Origin: a bacterium
GTDB taxonomy: Bacteria; Patescibacteriota; UBA1384; CAILIB01
Reading direction: 5' to 3'
Assembly (NCBI GenBank): GCA_037131105.1
Contig: JBAXRQ010000002.1
Location: 94,100-158,099, forward strand
DNA length: 64,000 nt
The position numbers and the translations under genes were made by a program. Below the pieces are notes generated by a model that ran no database searches, was not told the DNA's origin, and saw only the letters and a program-made list of their open reading frames with translations. Positions within the stretch are counted from its first letter, which is position 1, and every line of letters starts with the position of its first letter. Shown piece by piece: positions 43,180 through 53,500 of the stretch.

Positions 43180-43707
43180 ATGAAACTCATAATTATATAC
43201 GGTCCTCCAGCCGCTGGTAAGCTCACTGTCGCCCAGGAGCTTGCCCGAATAACGGGATACCGTCTTTTCCATAATCACCTTACCATTGAGCTGGCCAAGG
43301 AGATATTTCCTGAGCGGAATCAGCAAAGTGCTGATTTAATTTCCCAACTAAGGCTTGATGTTTTTGATGCTGCGGCTAAAGCTGGCACTGACCTTATCTT
43401 TACCATGGTATACGCGGCTGGACTGGATGACGAGTACTTCTCTAGGGTCGTTGAAATTATAGAGTCTTCCGGTGGTGAAGTGTGCTTCGTTCAACTTCTA
43501 CCAAGTGAAAAAGTCTTGGAAAGTCGAATATCTGCCCAGTCTCGAGCCGCCTACTCAAAAATCAGAGACGTTGAGGTCTTAAGGAACCTGACCGCAACCC
43601 GCGACCTTCTTACGCCAGTGAGCCATGATTTAAATCTCTCCATTGATAATAGTGAAAGATCACCTCAGGACGTCGCCGAACAGATAAGCCGACATTTCTC
43701 TCTCTAG
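43180..43707 (+). CDS. P-loop kinase (shikimate kinase-like/AAA_33)
   Basis: IIIYGPPAAGKLT, LFHNHLTI. Confidence 0.8.
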   Translation: MKLIIIYGPPAAGKLTVAQELARITGYRLFHNHLTIELAKEIFPERNQQSADLISQLRLDVFDAAAKAGTDLIFTMVYAAGLDDEYFSRVVEIIESSGGEVCFVQLLPSEKVLESRISAQSRAAYSKIRDVEVLRNLTATRDLLTPVSHDLNLSIDNSERSPQDVAEQISRHFSL

Positions 43708-43709
43708 TT

Positions 43710-44144
43710 CTAACCTGAGACGATCCAGGAAAAGGTCTTAGGGTGGACGATAGCCACACCTTCCCATTCCTTAAGGTCGAGCAGGTCCTTGTCTAGGGTG
43801 ATTATTAGATTCGCCTTGCCAGCTTGGGCGCAAGCTAAGATGTGGTTGTCGTCAGGATCTCGAAGGATGACTTTAGGAACCAGGGGTGCCTCAATGATCG
43901 CTGTTCCCTTTCTAATGAAGTCTAGGTATTTACCAACCTGCTCAGCTGTAAATTCAAACTTAGTACCCATCTTTCTTTTTAGTTCGCCCAGGATATATTC
44001 CGAGCAAAGGACGGTGAATTCACCGTATAATCCTCGTTTAACCAGTTCCTCGGACATCCCGGGACGCAAAAAGGCCGCAATATAGATATTGGTGTCAAAT
44101 ACTACTCGAAGCTGGTGGGAGCTAGCCGAAGATCCGCTCGACAT
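43710..44144 (-). CDS. PIN-domain toxin
   Basis: RVVFDTNI, RDPDDNHILACA, IITLDKDLL. Confidence 0.9.
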   Translation of the reverse strand: MSSGSSASSHQLRVVFDTNIYIAAFLRPGMSEELVKRGLYGEFTVLCSEYILGELKRKMGTKFEFTAEQVGKYLDFIRKGTAIIEAPLVPKVILRDPDDNHILACAQAGKANLIITLDKDLLDLKEWEGVAIVHPKTFSWIVSG

Positions 44145-44343
44145 CGTCGTCGGATTCTATACCTAGCTGCTTGGCGATGCGGTCACCTGCTTTCCGTATC
44201 TCTTGCCACTGTGACTCAAAGGAGTATAGATGTAAGGCATCCTTAAAAATCTGACTGCGAGAACGGTTTGAGTCAGTCGCCAGCTTATTAACCTGGGCAA
44301 CCTCGCTATCAGAGAGTGAAATCGAGACAATATTGGCAGGCAT
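44122..44343 (-). CDS. Ribbon-helix-helix (CopG-like) antitoxin
   Basis: IVSISLS...SRSQIFKDAL; overlaps toxin start. Confidence 0.85.
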   Translation of the reverse strand: MPANIVSISLSDSEVAQVNKLATDSNRSRSQIFKDALHLYSFESQWQEIRKAGDRIAKQLGIESDDDVERIFG

Positions 44344-44369
44344 AAAAAGCAATGAAGTGATATATCTGT

Positions 44370-44398
44370 ATATTAATAATATTTATTAATACTGTCAA
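44370..44398 (-). promoter_or_regulatory. TA promoter with overlapping palindromic operator
   Basis: TTGACA-17-TAATAT; TATTAATAA-tat-TTATTAATA at 44371-44391. Confidence 0.7.
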
Positions 44399-44480
44399 TA
44401 TTCCGTCCCTGTCCCACACCTTGTCCTAAGTAAAAAAATAAGATATAGTAAGGCCTGACTAATTACTCGAGTACTCACAG

Positions 44481-44639
44481 ATGTATCTCAATTTCAAACC
44501 CAACAAGCGCAAGCGCGTTCGTACCCACGGCTTCCGCGAGCGCATGCTGACCAAGAAGGGCCGCCAGGTCATTCTTCGCCGTATGGCCAAGGGCCGCGTT
44601 AAGCTGACTGTCTCCAACGAGAACAAGAAGTTTAAGTAG
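44481..44639 (+). CDS. rpmH: 50S ribosomal protein L34
   Basis: Manual translation [45 protein letters not shown]...; promoter TTGTCC-17-TATAGT at 44421-44449. Confidence 0.96.
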   Translation: MYLNFKPNKRKRVRTHGFRERMLTKKGRQVILRRMAKGRVKLTVSNENKKFK

Positions 44640-44644
44640 GTCCG

Positions 44645-44968
44645 GTGTTCTCCCGTCCAAACCGCCTTCGTCGCGGGGCCGATATCATCACCGTACTACG
44701 TAAGGGCCGCCGGCAGAATGCACCGGCGGTTACCTGTTCTTTTATAGCCAAACCGGCTACACTGGGAAGGATCGCCGTGATCGTAGACACTAAGGTGTCC
44801 AAGCGAGCGGTAGTCAGGAACCTTATAAAGCGCCGTGTGCGTTCTATAGTTCGAGAGCTTGGCCTCCCCCAAGGTGACCTGGTGATCCGGGTCTGGAAAG
44901 GTGGTGACGCCCTGAGCTTCGACCAACTCCATCAGCAAGTACGCCAATGCCTGGGCAAGCTCGCCTGA
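44645..44968 (+). CDS. rnpA: Ribonuclease P protein component
   Basis: NRLRR, KVSKRAVVRNLIKRR (RNR motif). Confidence 0.92.
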   Translation: MFSRPNRLRRGADIITVLRKGRRQNAPAVTCSFIAKPATLGRIAVIVDTKVSKRAVVRNLIKRRVRSIVRELGLPQGDLVIRVWKGGDALSFDQLHQQVRQCLGKLA

Positions 44969-45207
44969 ATCCGGCCCAAAAGGTGCTCTTGGCCGCTATC
45001 AAGTGGTACCAGACGCACCTCTCCCCTGACCACAGTCCGCGTAAGGTGTTCTACCCCTACGGCTACTGTCGTTATACGCCAACCTGTAGCCAGTACAGTG
45101 TCGACGCTATTCGGAAACACGGTGCGATCTGGGGCTCGGTTCTTACTCTCTGGCGTATTCTCCGTTGTAATCCCTGGTCGCATGGCGGCCACGACCCAGT
45201 CAGATAA
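44947..45207 (+). CDS. yidD: Membrane protein insertion efficiency factor YidD
   Basis: CRYTPTCSQY, RILRCNPWSHGGHDPV. Confidence 0.95.
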   Translation: MPGQARLNPAQKVLLAAIKWYQTHLSPDHSPRKVFYPYGYCRYTPTCSQYSVDAIRKHGAIWGSVLTLWRILRCNPWSHGGHDPVR

Positions 45208-45221
45208 TATTCTTACCTTCC

Positions 45222-46061
45222 ATGCCTGAGATTCTTTCCGCCATCGTCTATTATCCCTTCGTCAACGTCCTCAACTTCTTTATTTGGGCGACGCCGGGCC
45301 ATTATGCAGCAGCAGGTATTGCCCTGCTGACCATCCTAGTACGGCTTGTCCTGATTGTCCCTTATAAGAAGGGGGCCCAGAGCCAGCGCCGTATGATGCA
45401 GCTGCAACCGCTGCTTGACGAGCTGAAGAAGGAATACGCTGGTGACCAGCAGGGTCTGGCAGCCGCCCAGATGGAGCTGTATAAGAAGAACAACATCAAC
45501 CCGTTCTCTAGCTGTGGTTCTCTTCTACTCCAGCTTCCGGTGCTATACCTCCTGTATTACACTATCCAGCACGGCCTAGTAGCTCACAATCCACACTTGT
45601 ACGGATGGCTGCCGAAGCCTGAGTTCATTAATACTGCTTTCTTTGGCATTGACCTGCTGAAGCCTGATAAGACGTTCATCCTACCTATTATTGCCTCCGG
45701 TCTGCAGTTGATCCAGGTGAAGATGACACTTCCTCCTAAGTCTGCCAGTAGTAATGACGCCCAGCAGGCTACCCAGCGGATGATGATGTACCTGGCACCG
45801 GCCCTCACATTGTATATCTCATATCGTCTCGAAGCCGGCGTAGCCGTGTACTGGATAGTGACCAACCTGTTCTCTATTGTTCAGCAGTACTATGTCAATA
45901 AGGAGCGCTTGAGCCTAACTGGTGTCGAGAAGGTTGTGGAAGCAGCTGAGAAGGCTCACCCAGAGGCAATCGCTGCTATGGAGAAGGCTGAAGCTGAGGT
46001 GTTGGGCACTGAAGTGAAGAAGGGCGTCCAGGTTACCGTTCGTAAGAAATCCAAAAAATAG
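45222..46061 (+). CDS. yidC: Membrane protein insertase YidC/Oxa1
   Basis: LTILVRL, QMELYKKNNINPFSSC, LLQLP, YWIVTN...QQ. Confidence 0.95.
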   Translation: MPEILSAIVYYPFVNVLNFFIWATPGHYAAAGIALLTILVRLVLIVPYKKGAQSQRRMMQLQPLLDELKKEYAGDQQGLAAAQMELYKKNNINPFSSCGSLLLQLPVLYLLYYTIQHGLVAHNPHLYGWLPKPEFINTAFFGIDLLKPDKTFILPIIASGLQLIQVKMTLPPKSASSNDAQQATQRMMMYLAPALTLYISYRLEAGVAVYWIVTNLFSIVQQYYVNKERLSLTGVEKVVEAAEKAHPEAIAAMEKAEAEVLGTEVKKGVQVTVRKKSKK

Positions 46062-46077
46062 CCACCCTTGTGGCTTT

Positions 46078-46167
46078 GGAGAGATGGCTGAGTGGTCGAA
46101 GGCGGCGGTCTCGAAAACCGTTATGCGGGCAACTGCATCTAGGGTTCGAATCCCTATCTCTCCGCCA
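46078..46167 (+). tRNA. tRNA-Ser (CGA)
   Basis: GGAGAGA/TCTCTCC acceptor, anticodon loop CTCGAAA, long variable arm, GGTTCGAATCC, encoded CCA. Confidence 0.96.
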
Positions 46168-46205
46168 AAGTAAAAAGAGTATCTAAGGATACTCTTTTTA
46201 CTTTG
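46167..46205 (+). terminator. Terminator after tRNA
   Basis: AAAGTAAAAAGAGTATC-taag-GATACTCTTTTTACTTT. Confidence 0.8.
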
Positions 46206-46431
46206 TGCTTCGCGATAGGGATTCGAGTCCCGCTTTGACCTGCTGGAGCAGGTCGGAATGTTCGCGGAAGCGAGTGACCGAATCCCTATCTTCCATGGAG
46301 TGGTGATTGCTTACTCGGTCAAGGAGTGGAGAAGGCCCGGCCGCCATCCCTATCTCTTCCTTATGTCCCCTACCTTACATAATTCCGACACATTGCTGCT
46401 ACACTTAGGTCAAACATCCTAACCACCCCCT

Positions 46432-46800
46432 ATGGAAAGGCCATCCTTTCTGGGAAGCGCTCTGGAGCACGAAGCGTCAGTGGAATCCACTCAGGTTAGG
46501 AGCTTCATAGCGGATCTACTCCCTCAGGCCCTGGTGAGAATTGAGGGTACTATACTCCTGGCTGAGGTGGATAGAGGTGGAGCCAAGCGGGTTGGCGAAG
46601 AAATCTGGGGGGCTTATATTGAGATGATGGCCCAAGATGCCTTATTTTCTAGTGTTCATTATGAGCCTGGCTTTATATCAGCGGACCTGGTGAAGCCTGA
46701 GTCGGGTATCACCTCGTTACGGGTACGTAAGGTGGCCTCTACTCCTCAGGCTACATTACCGACAGCATATACCGGTCAACCGGTGCGTATTCATCAGTGA
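46432..46800 (+). CDS. Hypothetical protein
   Basis: 122-aa ORF filling gap, overlaps the convergent gene end. Confidence 0.45.
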   Translation: MERPSFLGSALEHEASVESTQVRSFIADLLPQALVRIEGTILLAEVDRGGAKRVGEEIWGAYIEMMAQDALFSSVHYEPGFISADLVKPESGITSLRVRKVASTPQATLPTAYTGQPVRIHQ

Positions 46801-48241
46801 GTACTGGCTGGCTGGTCTCTACCTGTTTAGTCCAGAGATGATTAAAATACCCCTGGATCTCTTTGTCGGGACTTACGAATGAAGGCTTTGTGGGGCTTTT
46901 GAGTGCTACTATCATCACATTTTGGACATCGGTACCGTTTTCAGGTTTGTTGACCGCAAAAGCGTAGACCTGGGGAAATACCGACTTATAGGTGGCGTAC
47001 TCGGCTTGGAAGAACTGACTTTTGGGGCCGTTGATAGCGGAGATAACATTGAGGATCACCACTCCCTTTGGCGTGAGCCTGTCGTACATGCGCTGGACCG
47101 CTTCCTGGGTGGTCAGCTGGTAGGGTACCGACATTGATCTAAAGGCGTCACCGTAGATGACGTCATAGGTCTGGGTGGTCTCATTGAGATAGGTGCGGGC
47201 GTCAGCGTGGAAGATGTTCAGCCGGTCAGAATCCTTCAGGTTGAAATACTGCTTGGCTAGCTCGGTCACCTTGGGATCGATCTCCACCACGTCCATCTTA
47301 GCCTCTGGATAATGGGTTAGGAAATCCTTGGGATAGGAATAGGCCGCCCCACCCAGCATCAGTCCTCTACCCTGGGCAATGGCAGGGTTCAGAGTGCTGT
47401 CCAGCCTGTAATAGTTTGTGTAGGGAAAGGTAAGCTTGTCACCGTTAAGGTACATGGCAGAGCTAAACTCATTGCCGATCTGCATGAAGCGAGCTTCTTC
47501 AGTCTGCCCTGGAAAATAGCCAGAATAGATCCAGATACGAGAATATTGCGAGTCAGTATCGATAAAACCCTGCTGGGCCAGGACGAGGTCATGAACACGG
47601 AAGATGACCAGGCCGGCTACTAGTATGAGCGCCAGTCCAGTCTGCAGAGGCAGGCTGCGCCGGGTGAATCCGACGGCGAGGAGAGAAGCTGCCAGTAAGA
47701 TAGCGGCTACCAGAAGTAAGACGGTGGTGGTGCGTAGATACTCGATCAGGAAAAAGCCGGCTAGAAAGGTGCCGGTGATGCTCCCTAGGGTAGAAATAGC
47801 GTAGAGATTGCCCACGGTGCTACCTGTGTATTTAAGGGTCTCCATCTTCAGTTTCACCGCGTACGGCGATACCATGCCCAGCAGTACGGTAGCAGGGGCG
47901 AAGAGCACCAGACAGACTACCACCGAGCGGATATAGAGGGATTGGGTCGCGGCTGTGGCAAGGGTAAAGAGACTTCCCTGGATATAAGGTATGCAGGCCA
48001 CGAGTATGCCTGATACCAGTAAAAGGCTGGCTAAGACCTGGTAAGAAGGCCTGCGGTCGGCTAGGCGGCCACCCAGCCAGTATCCTAGGCTTAGGCTTCC
48101 CAGTATTATTCCGATCAGGCTGGACCAGACTACTATAGTGGTGCCCAGGTATGGAGAAAGCACCCGGGAGCCGTCTAATTCAAGGATCATGCCGGCAGCG
48201 CCGACCAAAAAGACGAGAATCTCTAGGAAGTATTTTTTCAT
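46751..48241 (-). CDS. Fused MFS-like/spermidine synthase family protein
   Basis: 7 TMs with GNLYAISTLGSITGTF, then SAM-binding LMLGGAA, VEIDP, DAR, YDVIYGDAF, LTDEYAP. Confidence 0.9.
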   Translation of the reverse strand: MKKYFLEILVFLVGAAGMILELDGSRVLSPYLGTTIVVWSSLIGIILGSLSLGYWLGGRLADRRPSYQVLASLLLVSGILVACIPYIQGSLFTLATAATQSLYIRSVVVCLVLFAPATVLLGMVSPYAVKLKMETLKYTGSTVGNLYAISTLGSITGTFLAGFFLIEYLRTTTVLLLVAAILLAASLLAVGFTRRSLPLQTGLALILVAGLVIFRVHDLVLAQQGFIDTDSQYSRIWIYSGYFPGQTEEARFMQIGNEFSSAMYLNGDKLTFPYTNYYRLDSTLNPAIAQGRGLMLGGAAYSYPKDFLTHYPEAKMDVVEIDPKVTELAKQYFNLKDSDRLNIFHADARTYLNETTQTYDVIYGDAFRSMSVPYQLTTQEAVQRMYDRLTPKGVVILNVISAINGPKSQFFQAEYATYKSVFPQVYAFAVNKPENGTDVQNVMIVALKSPTKPSFVSPDKEIQGYFNHLWTKQVETSQPVLTDEYAPVDRYMLSVM

Positions 48242-48413
48242 GGTTTCATTATACCTTCTTGGAGCTATCTATTGCACCATTGCATTTTTTGGGAAACAGG
48301 TGTACAGTTAAGCAGTCTTTTAGAGACGTGTCTCCGTCTTGCTGGGTCGAGGGTAGGTAGGAAGACAGAATCGTAGAAACAAGTGTAATTCGTTTGAACT
48401 AAATTTTTCCCAT

Positions 48414-48692
48414 ATGTCCAAGAAGCTATACGTTGGTGGTCTTCCTTATTCCACCACCACTGAGGAACTAGAGGCTGCATTCGCCCCTTTCGGTACCGTT
48501 GAAGAGGCTATCATCATCTCCGACCGTGAGACCGGCCGCAGCAAGGGTTTTGGTTTCGTTACCATCACCGAAGACAAGGGTGCTGACGACGCTATCGAAG
48601 CTATGAACGGCAAGGACTTCAATGGTCGTCCTCTTACCGTCAATGAGGCTCGTCCTAAGGAGGCTGCTCCTGCTTACCGCTCTGAGCGCTAA
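48414..48692 (+). CDS. RRM RNA-binding protein
   Basis: LYVGGL (RNP2), KGFGFV (RNP1); promoter TTGCAT-17-TACAGT at 48280-48308. Confidence 0.95.
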   Translation: MSKKLYVGGLPYSTTTEELEAAFAPFGTVEEAIIISDRETGRSKGFGFVTITEDKGADDAIEAMNGKDFNGRPLTVNEARPKEAAPAYRSER

Positions 48693-48712
48693 TCAGTTTT
48701 CAGCTTTAGGAT

Positions 48713-48744
48713 AAGAAAGGGACCCCCTAGGGGGTCCCTTTCTT
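48713..48744. terminator. Intrinsic terminator
   Basis: AAGAAAGGGACCCCCTAGGGGGTCCCTTTCTT perfect palindrome. Confidence 0.85.
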
Positions 48745-48778
48745 TGCCATATCCTCCCCTTCTCCCACAAAAATGAAT

Positions 48779-48981
48779 GATCTTCGCTGGTGTGGGCCCA
48801 CACGGCGGAGAACGCTCAGATCCTAAGACCGCCTTCCGAGGCAGCGTCGCTTCCGGGCTAACAGTTAAGGAATCGTCCTCCCTGCCACATCTACAATGTG
48901 GAAGATCTTCGCTGGTATGAGATTCATACGGCGGAGGCCGCTCAGATCCTAGGACCGCCTTCCGGCGGTCCGTCGCTCCCG
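48779..48981. repeat. Two ~77-bp direct repeats, each a double hairpin
   Basis: 48779-48855 and 48904-48981, period 125. Confidence 0.85.
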
Positions 48982-48989
48982 AAGCGGCG

Positions 48990-50510
48990 TTAGGCCGAGG
49001 TAACTCGATAGATCTCTGACTCGGTGGTCATCCCCCGCTTTACCTTGTCCAGGCCGTCATTAAGCATGGAGACCATACCGCCACGCTCGGCGATCTGTTC
49101 CAGGCCTCCCTGGTCACGGTGCTGCATGACCGCTTGCTCGAACTCAGTGTTGGGGCAGAGTACTTCGCCGATGACTATGCGGCCGGAGTACTCTGGTTTC
49201 TCAGCGGTGGTTCCCGGTACCAGTTTGCGCACCAAGCGTTGGGCGACGACCATCTGGATACTGCCGGCCAGCAGGAACGGCTCGATTCCCATCTCCAGGA
49301 AACGGGTATGGGCAGTGACTGCGTTGTTGGTGTGCAGGGTGGAAAGCACCAGGTGGCCGGTAAGGCTGGCATTCAGGGCGATGGTGGCGGTCTCAGGGTC
49401 CCGAATTTCACCGATCATGACAATGTCAGGGTCCTGACGCATGGCCCCACGCAATCCTTCCGCAAAGGTGAAGCCGTGCTCGCTGTCGATCTGGCTCTGT
49501 TGCAATCCAGGTAGGCGGTACTCGATAGGATCCTCCAGGGTAATAATCTTCTTCTCGGGCGAGTTCAGTACTTTGAGCAGTGCGTACAAGGTAGTGGACT
49601 TTCCTGATCCGGTAGGTCCCGTCACAATGATTAGCCCGTAAGGCTTCTTGATGATCCTATTGATGAGTCCCTGGTTATATTCTGAGAATCCCAGCTCCTG
49701 GATGGTAAGGGTCTGCATGTCCTGGCGCAGTATTCTCATGACGATCCCCTCTCCGTAGCCAGTCGGGATGGTGGCGACGCGCAGGTCGGCGTTGATGCCT
49801 TTGTCTTGGAGGCCGAAGCGACCGTCCTGGGTGTTGCTCTTGTCGTCCAACTTCATCTTTGACTGGACCTTGATGCGGGAGACTAGGCCGTGATGCTGGG
49901 CCATGGGAAGCTCCAGAACCTTCTGTAGTACGCCATCTATGCGGAAGCGGATCTCCAGGACCTTCTCGCTAGGCTCGAGGTGGATATCCGAGGCCTGGGC
50001 ATTGAAGGCAGCGGCTAGAATAACATCTAGTAGTTCTGTCGTACTGGCCTTACCCGCCTGTTCGCGCAGGTCGTCCAGGGTACGGATGTTGTGGAAGTAG
50101 TCTTTTTTCTGCTCCTCGGTGCGGTTCCGGGAGAACTGAGCCTCTTCTTCCACCCGCTCATTACGGAGTTTCTGATAGGCGTCTATGAGCACATTCATAC
50201 TGGTTGCCGAGACTACGGTGAGCTCCAGGTCCTTATGCCAGTCATTCGCAAGGGCTATCAACTCCTTGTGGATCTCCTCATCGTCAGGGCGTTCTACCGC
50301 CATATGTACCTTGGTAGATGACCGCACGTAGGCGGCGTAGCGGCGCTTGGTAACCGTTTCTATAGGGACAAGCTCCAATACGTCCAGGTTAAAGGGGAAG
50401 TCGTCCAGCTGGGTAGTGGTCATTCCCATGTTGGCGGCCATGGCGGCGGCCTGGTGCTCTTCCTTCTCGCGCTGGAACTGCCTGAGTGAGACGTCTAATG
50501 AGGCGGGCAT
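48990..50510 (-). CDS. GspE/PilB-family secretion ATPase
   Basis: ASDIHLEP, RIDGVL, GPTGSGKSTT, EDPIE, RQDPD, TGHLVLSTLH. Confidence 0.93.
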   Translation of the reverse strand: MPASLDVSLRQFQREKEEHQAAAMAANMGMTTTQLDDFPFNLDVLELVPIETVTKRRYAAYVRSSTKVHMAVERPDDEEIHKELIALANDWHKDLELTVVSATSMNVLIDAYQKLRNERVEEEAQFSRNRTEEQKKDYFHNIRTLDDLREQAGKASTTELLDVILAAAFNAQASDIHLEPSEKVLEIRFRIDGVLQKVLELPMAQHHGLVSRIKVQSKMKLDDKSNTQDGRFGLQDKGINADLRVATIPTGYGEGIVMRILRQDMQTLTIQELGFSEYNQGLINRIIKKPYGLIIVTGPTGSGKSTTLYALLKVLNSPEKKIITLEDPIEYRLPGLQQSQIDSEHGFTFAEGLRGAMRQDPDIVMIGEIRDPETATIALNASLTGHLVLSTLHTNNAVTAHTRFLEMGIEPFLLAGSIQMVVAQRLVRKLVPGTTAEKPEYSGRIVIGEVLCPNTEFEQAVMQHRDQGGLEQIAERGGMVSMLNDGLDKVKRGMTTESEIYRVTSA

Positions 50511-50526
50511 AGAGGTGATTTAGTAG

Positions 50527-53500
50527 TTACCAGCGGACATGTATGCGGTCCCAGAAACTTGAATCGGGGAAGAATCCGGCGCGGTAGTCTGTGATTGGCG
50601 TGTAATACTTGTACCCGTTCTTTTCCTGGACGGCATTGGTATTTGCCCTATCGGTAAGAGCGCCATACCCGTAGCTTCCATCCTGCTGCCATGGGGCTGG
50701 TTCTGACAGATATCCTTCCAAGGAACCCAGATCGCCTGCCGGATGACTAAATACTTGGGATACCCAGAGGGAATTCGGGTGGGTCTGTGAGATGCCTGCC
50801 CATTTCTCTGGCATCTGCAACAGGTCAAGTAGTACGCTGTGGACGTTCTGCTGGGCTACTGCCTTGACTCCGGCGGCGTAGGTCACGGGATTCTTGGCGT
50901 CGAAGTCACTCTGGGGAAGATTATTGGCAGCCAGGCTTGCTCCAGCATTGGGCGGATTCGGAGCGCCAAGCGGCCAGTAGCCGTCTCCGGTAGCTCTCTG
51001 CACAACCACTACCTTATATACTCCGAACAAGTTGACCAGGATGAACTGCAGCAGCATTACCGGTGCCAGGGCGGGGCAGATGAAGAGATCGACTATGGCA
51101 CCCACCAGGAGATCCAGGCTGCCCGGTACCAGTCCCAGGGAAGTTTCCAGGCTGCGCAGCTGGTCGCCGAATACCGTGGTGATGGCTAGGGTGATAAGGA
51201 AAGCGGCGGCATTATCCTTAGCGCCCTGGCTGGCGTTGGTGGTAAGGGTATGGACTGCCTTGTAGACGTTGTAGAGCTTCTGGGCGGTACCCGGTTTGAA
51301 GCCGAACATCTTGTCACCGAAGGCGAACAGCTTCTGCTGACCTATCTGGGTAAGCAGGTTTGACATGCTAGGCACGGGCTTGCCATCCTTTCCGAGCTTG
51401 CCGCTGCCGTTATGGAACACGTCGGAACTGAAACCGCTGGAAGCCCAGCCGGCGAAGGCCTGCATAAACTGGGGGGTATTCTGGGCGCCGATAAGCTCGT
51501 TCAGCTTGGCAGTCACAAAGCCCCCCACCTTGGCCATGATGGCGTCAATGGCGGCCTGTTTCAGTCCATCCGCATAGGCAGAGGCGTTCTTAAAGCCGTT
51601 GGCGGCGAAGTCCTTCAGGGTGGCTATGTCGGCGGCGGTGAGGGCGCTTCCCAGGGCTCCTGCCAGGGCAGAGTTGATACCGTACTGGGCCAGCATGGTC
51701 ATTCTCTCGGCATCGGTACCGTGGGTAAGTGTCTCAATGAAGCCTGCCGGGATGTTCTTGTCCACCGAGAACAGCAGGGTGTCATAGATGGCGTTCTGCA
51801 TCTGGGACTTTACGTCCTGGATGAGGCTCTTCTGGAAGTCCTTCTTACCGATCTCCTTGATAGCGTTGAGCTCAGGCCCGATACCGGGGTCGTTCAGACA
51901 GTTGTCCAAAGAGCCGCAGGGGGCATTGGGGTACTTATCCTTGAAATAGCTGTTCAGGGCGTCCTTGCCTGCCGCCTCGACAACCGCCGTCGATAGGCTG
52001 AAGTCCTTCAGACTGTCTCTGAGGTTCTGGTATTGCAGGATAAAGTCGTCAATACGGTCGGCAACCCCCTCAAGCTTGCCTAGACCCTTGTTAAGGGTGC
52101 CGATGAGTTCCTGGACGGCAATGTCGGTAAGGCTGCTGACGTCGCCAGAAAGGATGGCCTGCAGGTCGACATGGCCTATGAGCCCCGGTAGGTTTCCTCC
52201 CCCCAGCTTGGCAATCTCGGCATTGATCATGCTGTTCAGGCTGTCCTGGAGAAGATCGCGGGCAGCAGTCTTATTGAAATCGAGTGAACAGCTTTGGGAG
52301 CCAAAGGTAATGTCGCAGTTGGCCGAGAGGAAGGCATTGCGGAAGCTGGCGGTGAACCCGTCGATGTCAGCTTGGTCAGCAACATTGAATATCTTGCTGG
52401 CTAGCTTCTGCATGCCGATGGTAAGCGCGATCTCTGGTGCCTGGGACGGGTTTAGTACCAGATCGGTAATGGTACCTGCAGGTAGCTGCAGCTTTGACTC
52501 CATGTCAGCGCTCCAAGTCTGGGCAAGACCTAGGTAGAGTGCCTGACCGTTGATGTTGCTGAAGGCGTTTGAAAGAGACCCAAAGCCTCCGGCCGGAGCA
52601 TGGCACGATCTCAGGCTGCTGCTCCCCACGAGGTAACCGTACAGGTCGCATCCTGTGGCATTCTGGATGGCGGCAAGGAGGGCTTGGGCGCTGGCCGGCG
52701 CCCCATTGGCATTAAGATTGGCCTGGGTTTGGGCTAGCTGGTGCTGGGTGGACGGAGTATACAGGACGTCGGCGGTGATCTGGCCGGTAATAAAGCTCTT
52801 AAGAGAGTCACCAGGAGTGGCCCCCAGCCCGTAGAGGCCGTTCAGCTGGCTGGTCCGCGACTGCAATCCGGCAATCTGGTTAGCATAGTCATCGTCATTG
52901 ACCGAGTATTCGGACTTTGTGTTGTTGACTAGATCACTAATGGCTACGTAGCCGCCGTCATTGGTCAGATCATGCAACAAGGTGTCGAAGGAGTCCTTAT
53001 CTTTCTTGACCAGCGGATTGGTAATGATGCTATTTGGTGAAGTCTGCCAGTAGGGCGAATTCGAGTCACTGATCTGGGAAATGACATCCTTACGTGTCTT
53101 AGCAATATAATTGGTCAGGATCCGGTCAGCCTTAGGGTCTGCCTGGGACGGATCGATACTTACCCGAGAGCTGATTCCGCTAAGGATCTTCAGGGCCGCC
53201 TGTACAGAGGGTGGGTCCTGAAGGCCTAGGCTGGTAAGAATGGCGCCGGGATCATTAAGATCGACTACCTGCTTGAAGTCTCCTTTGAAGCTGTTGGCGA
53301 CCAGTCCGAGGCCCTGGCTGAGAAGAGAGTTTCCGAAGTTCTGGTTAAAGGTGCCTGGAGTGGTGATGTCAAAGCCGGCTGGGAAGCCCAGGTCGCTGGC
53401 TACCGCCTGTATCCCCATCTGGCCCATGAAGGCAAAGCGTGCCCCGCTTGCCTCGGCAGCCGTACAGGTCTGAGGACTGTCGGCTGTACCACAGATGGGA

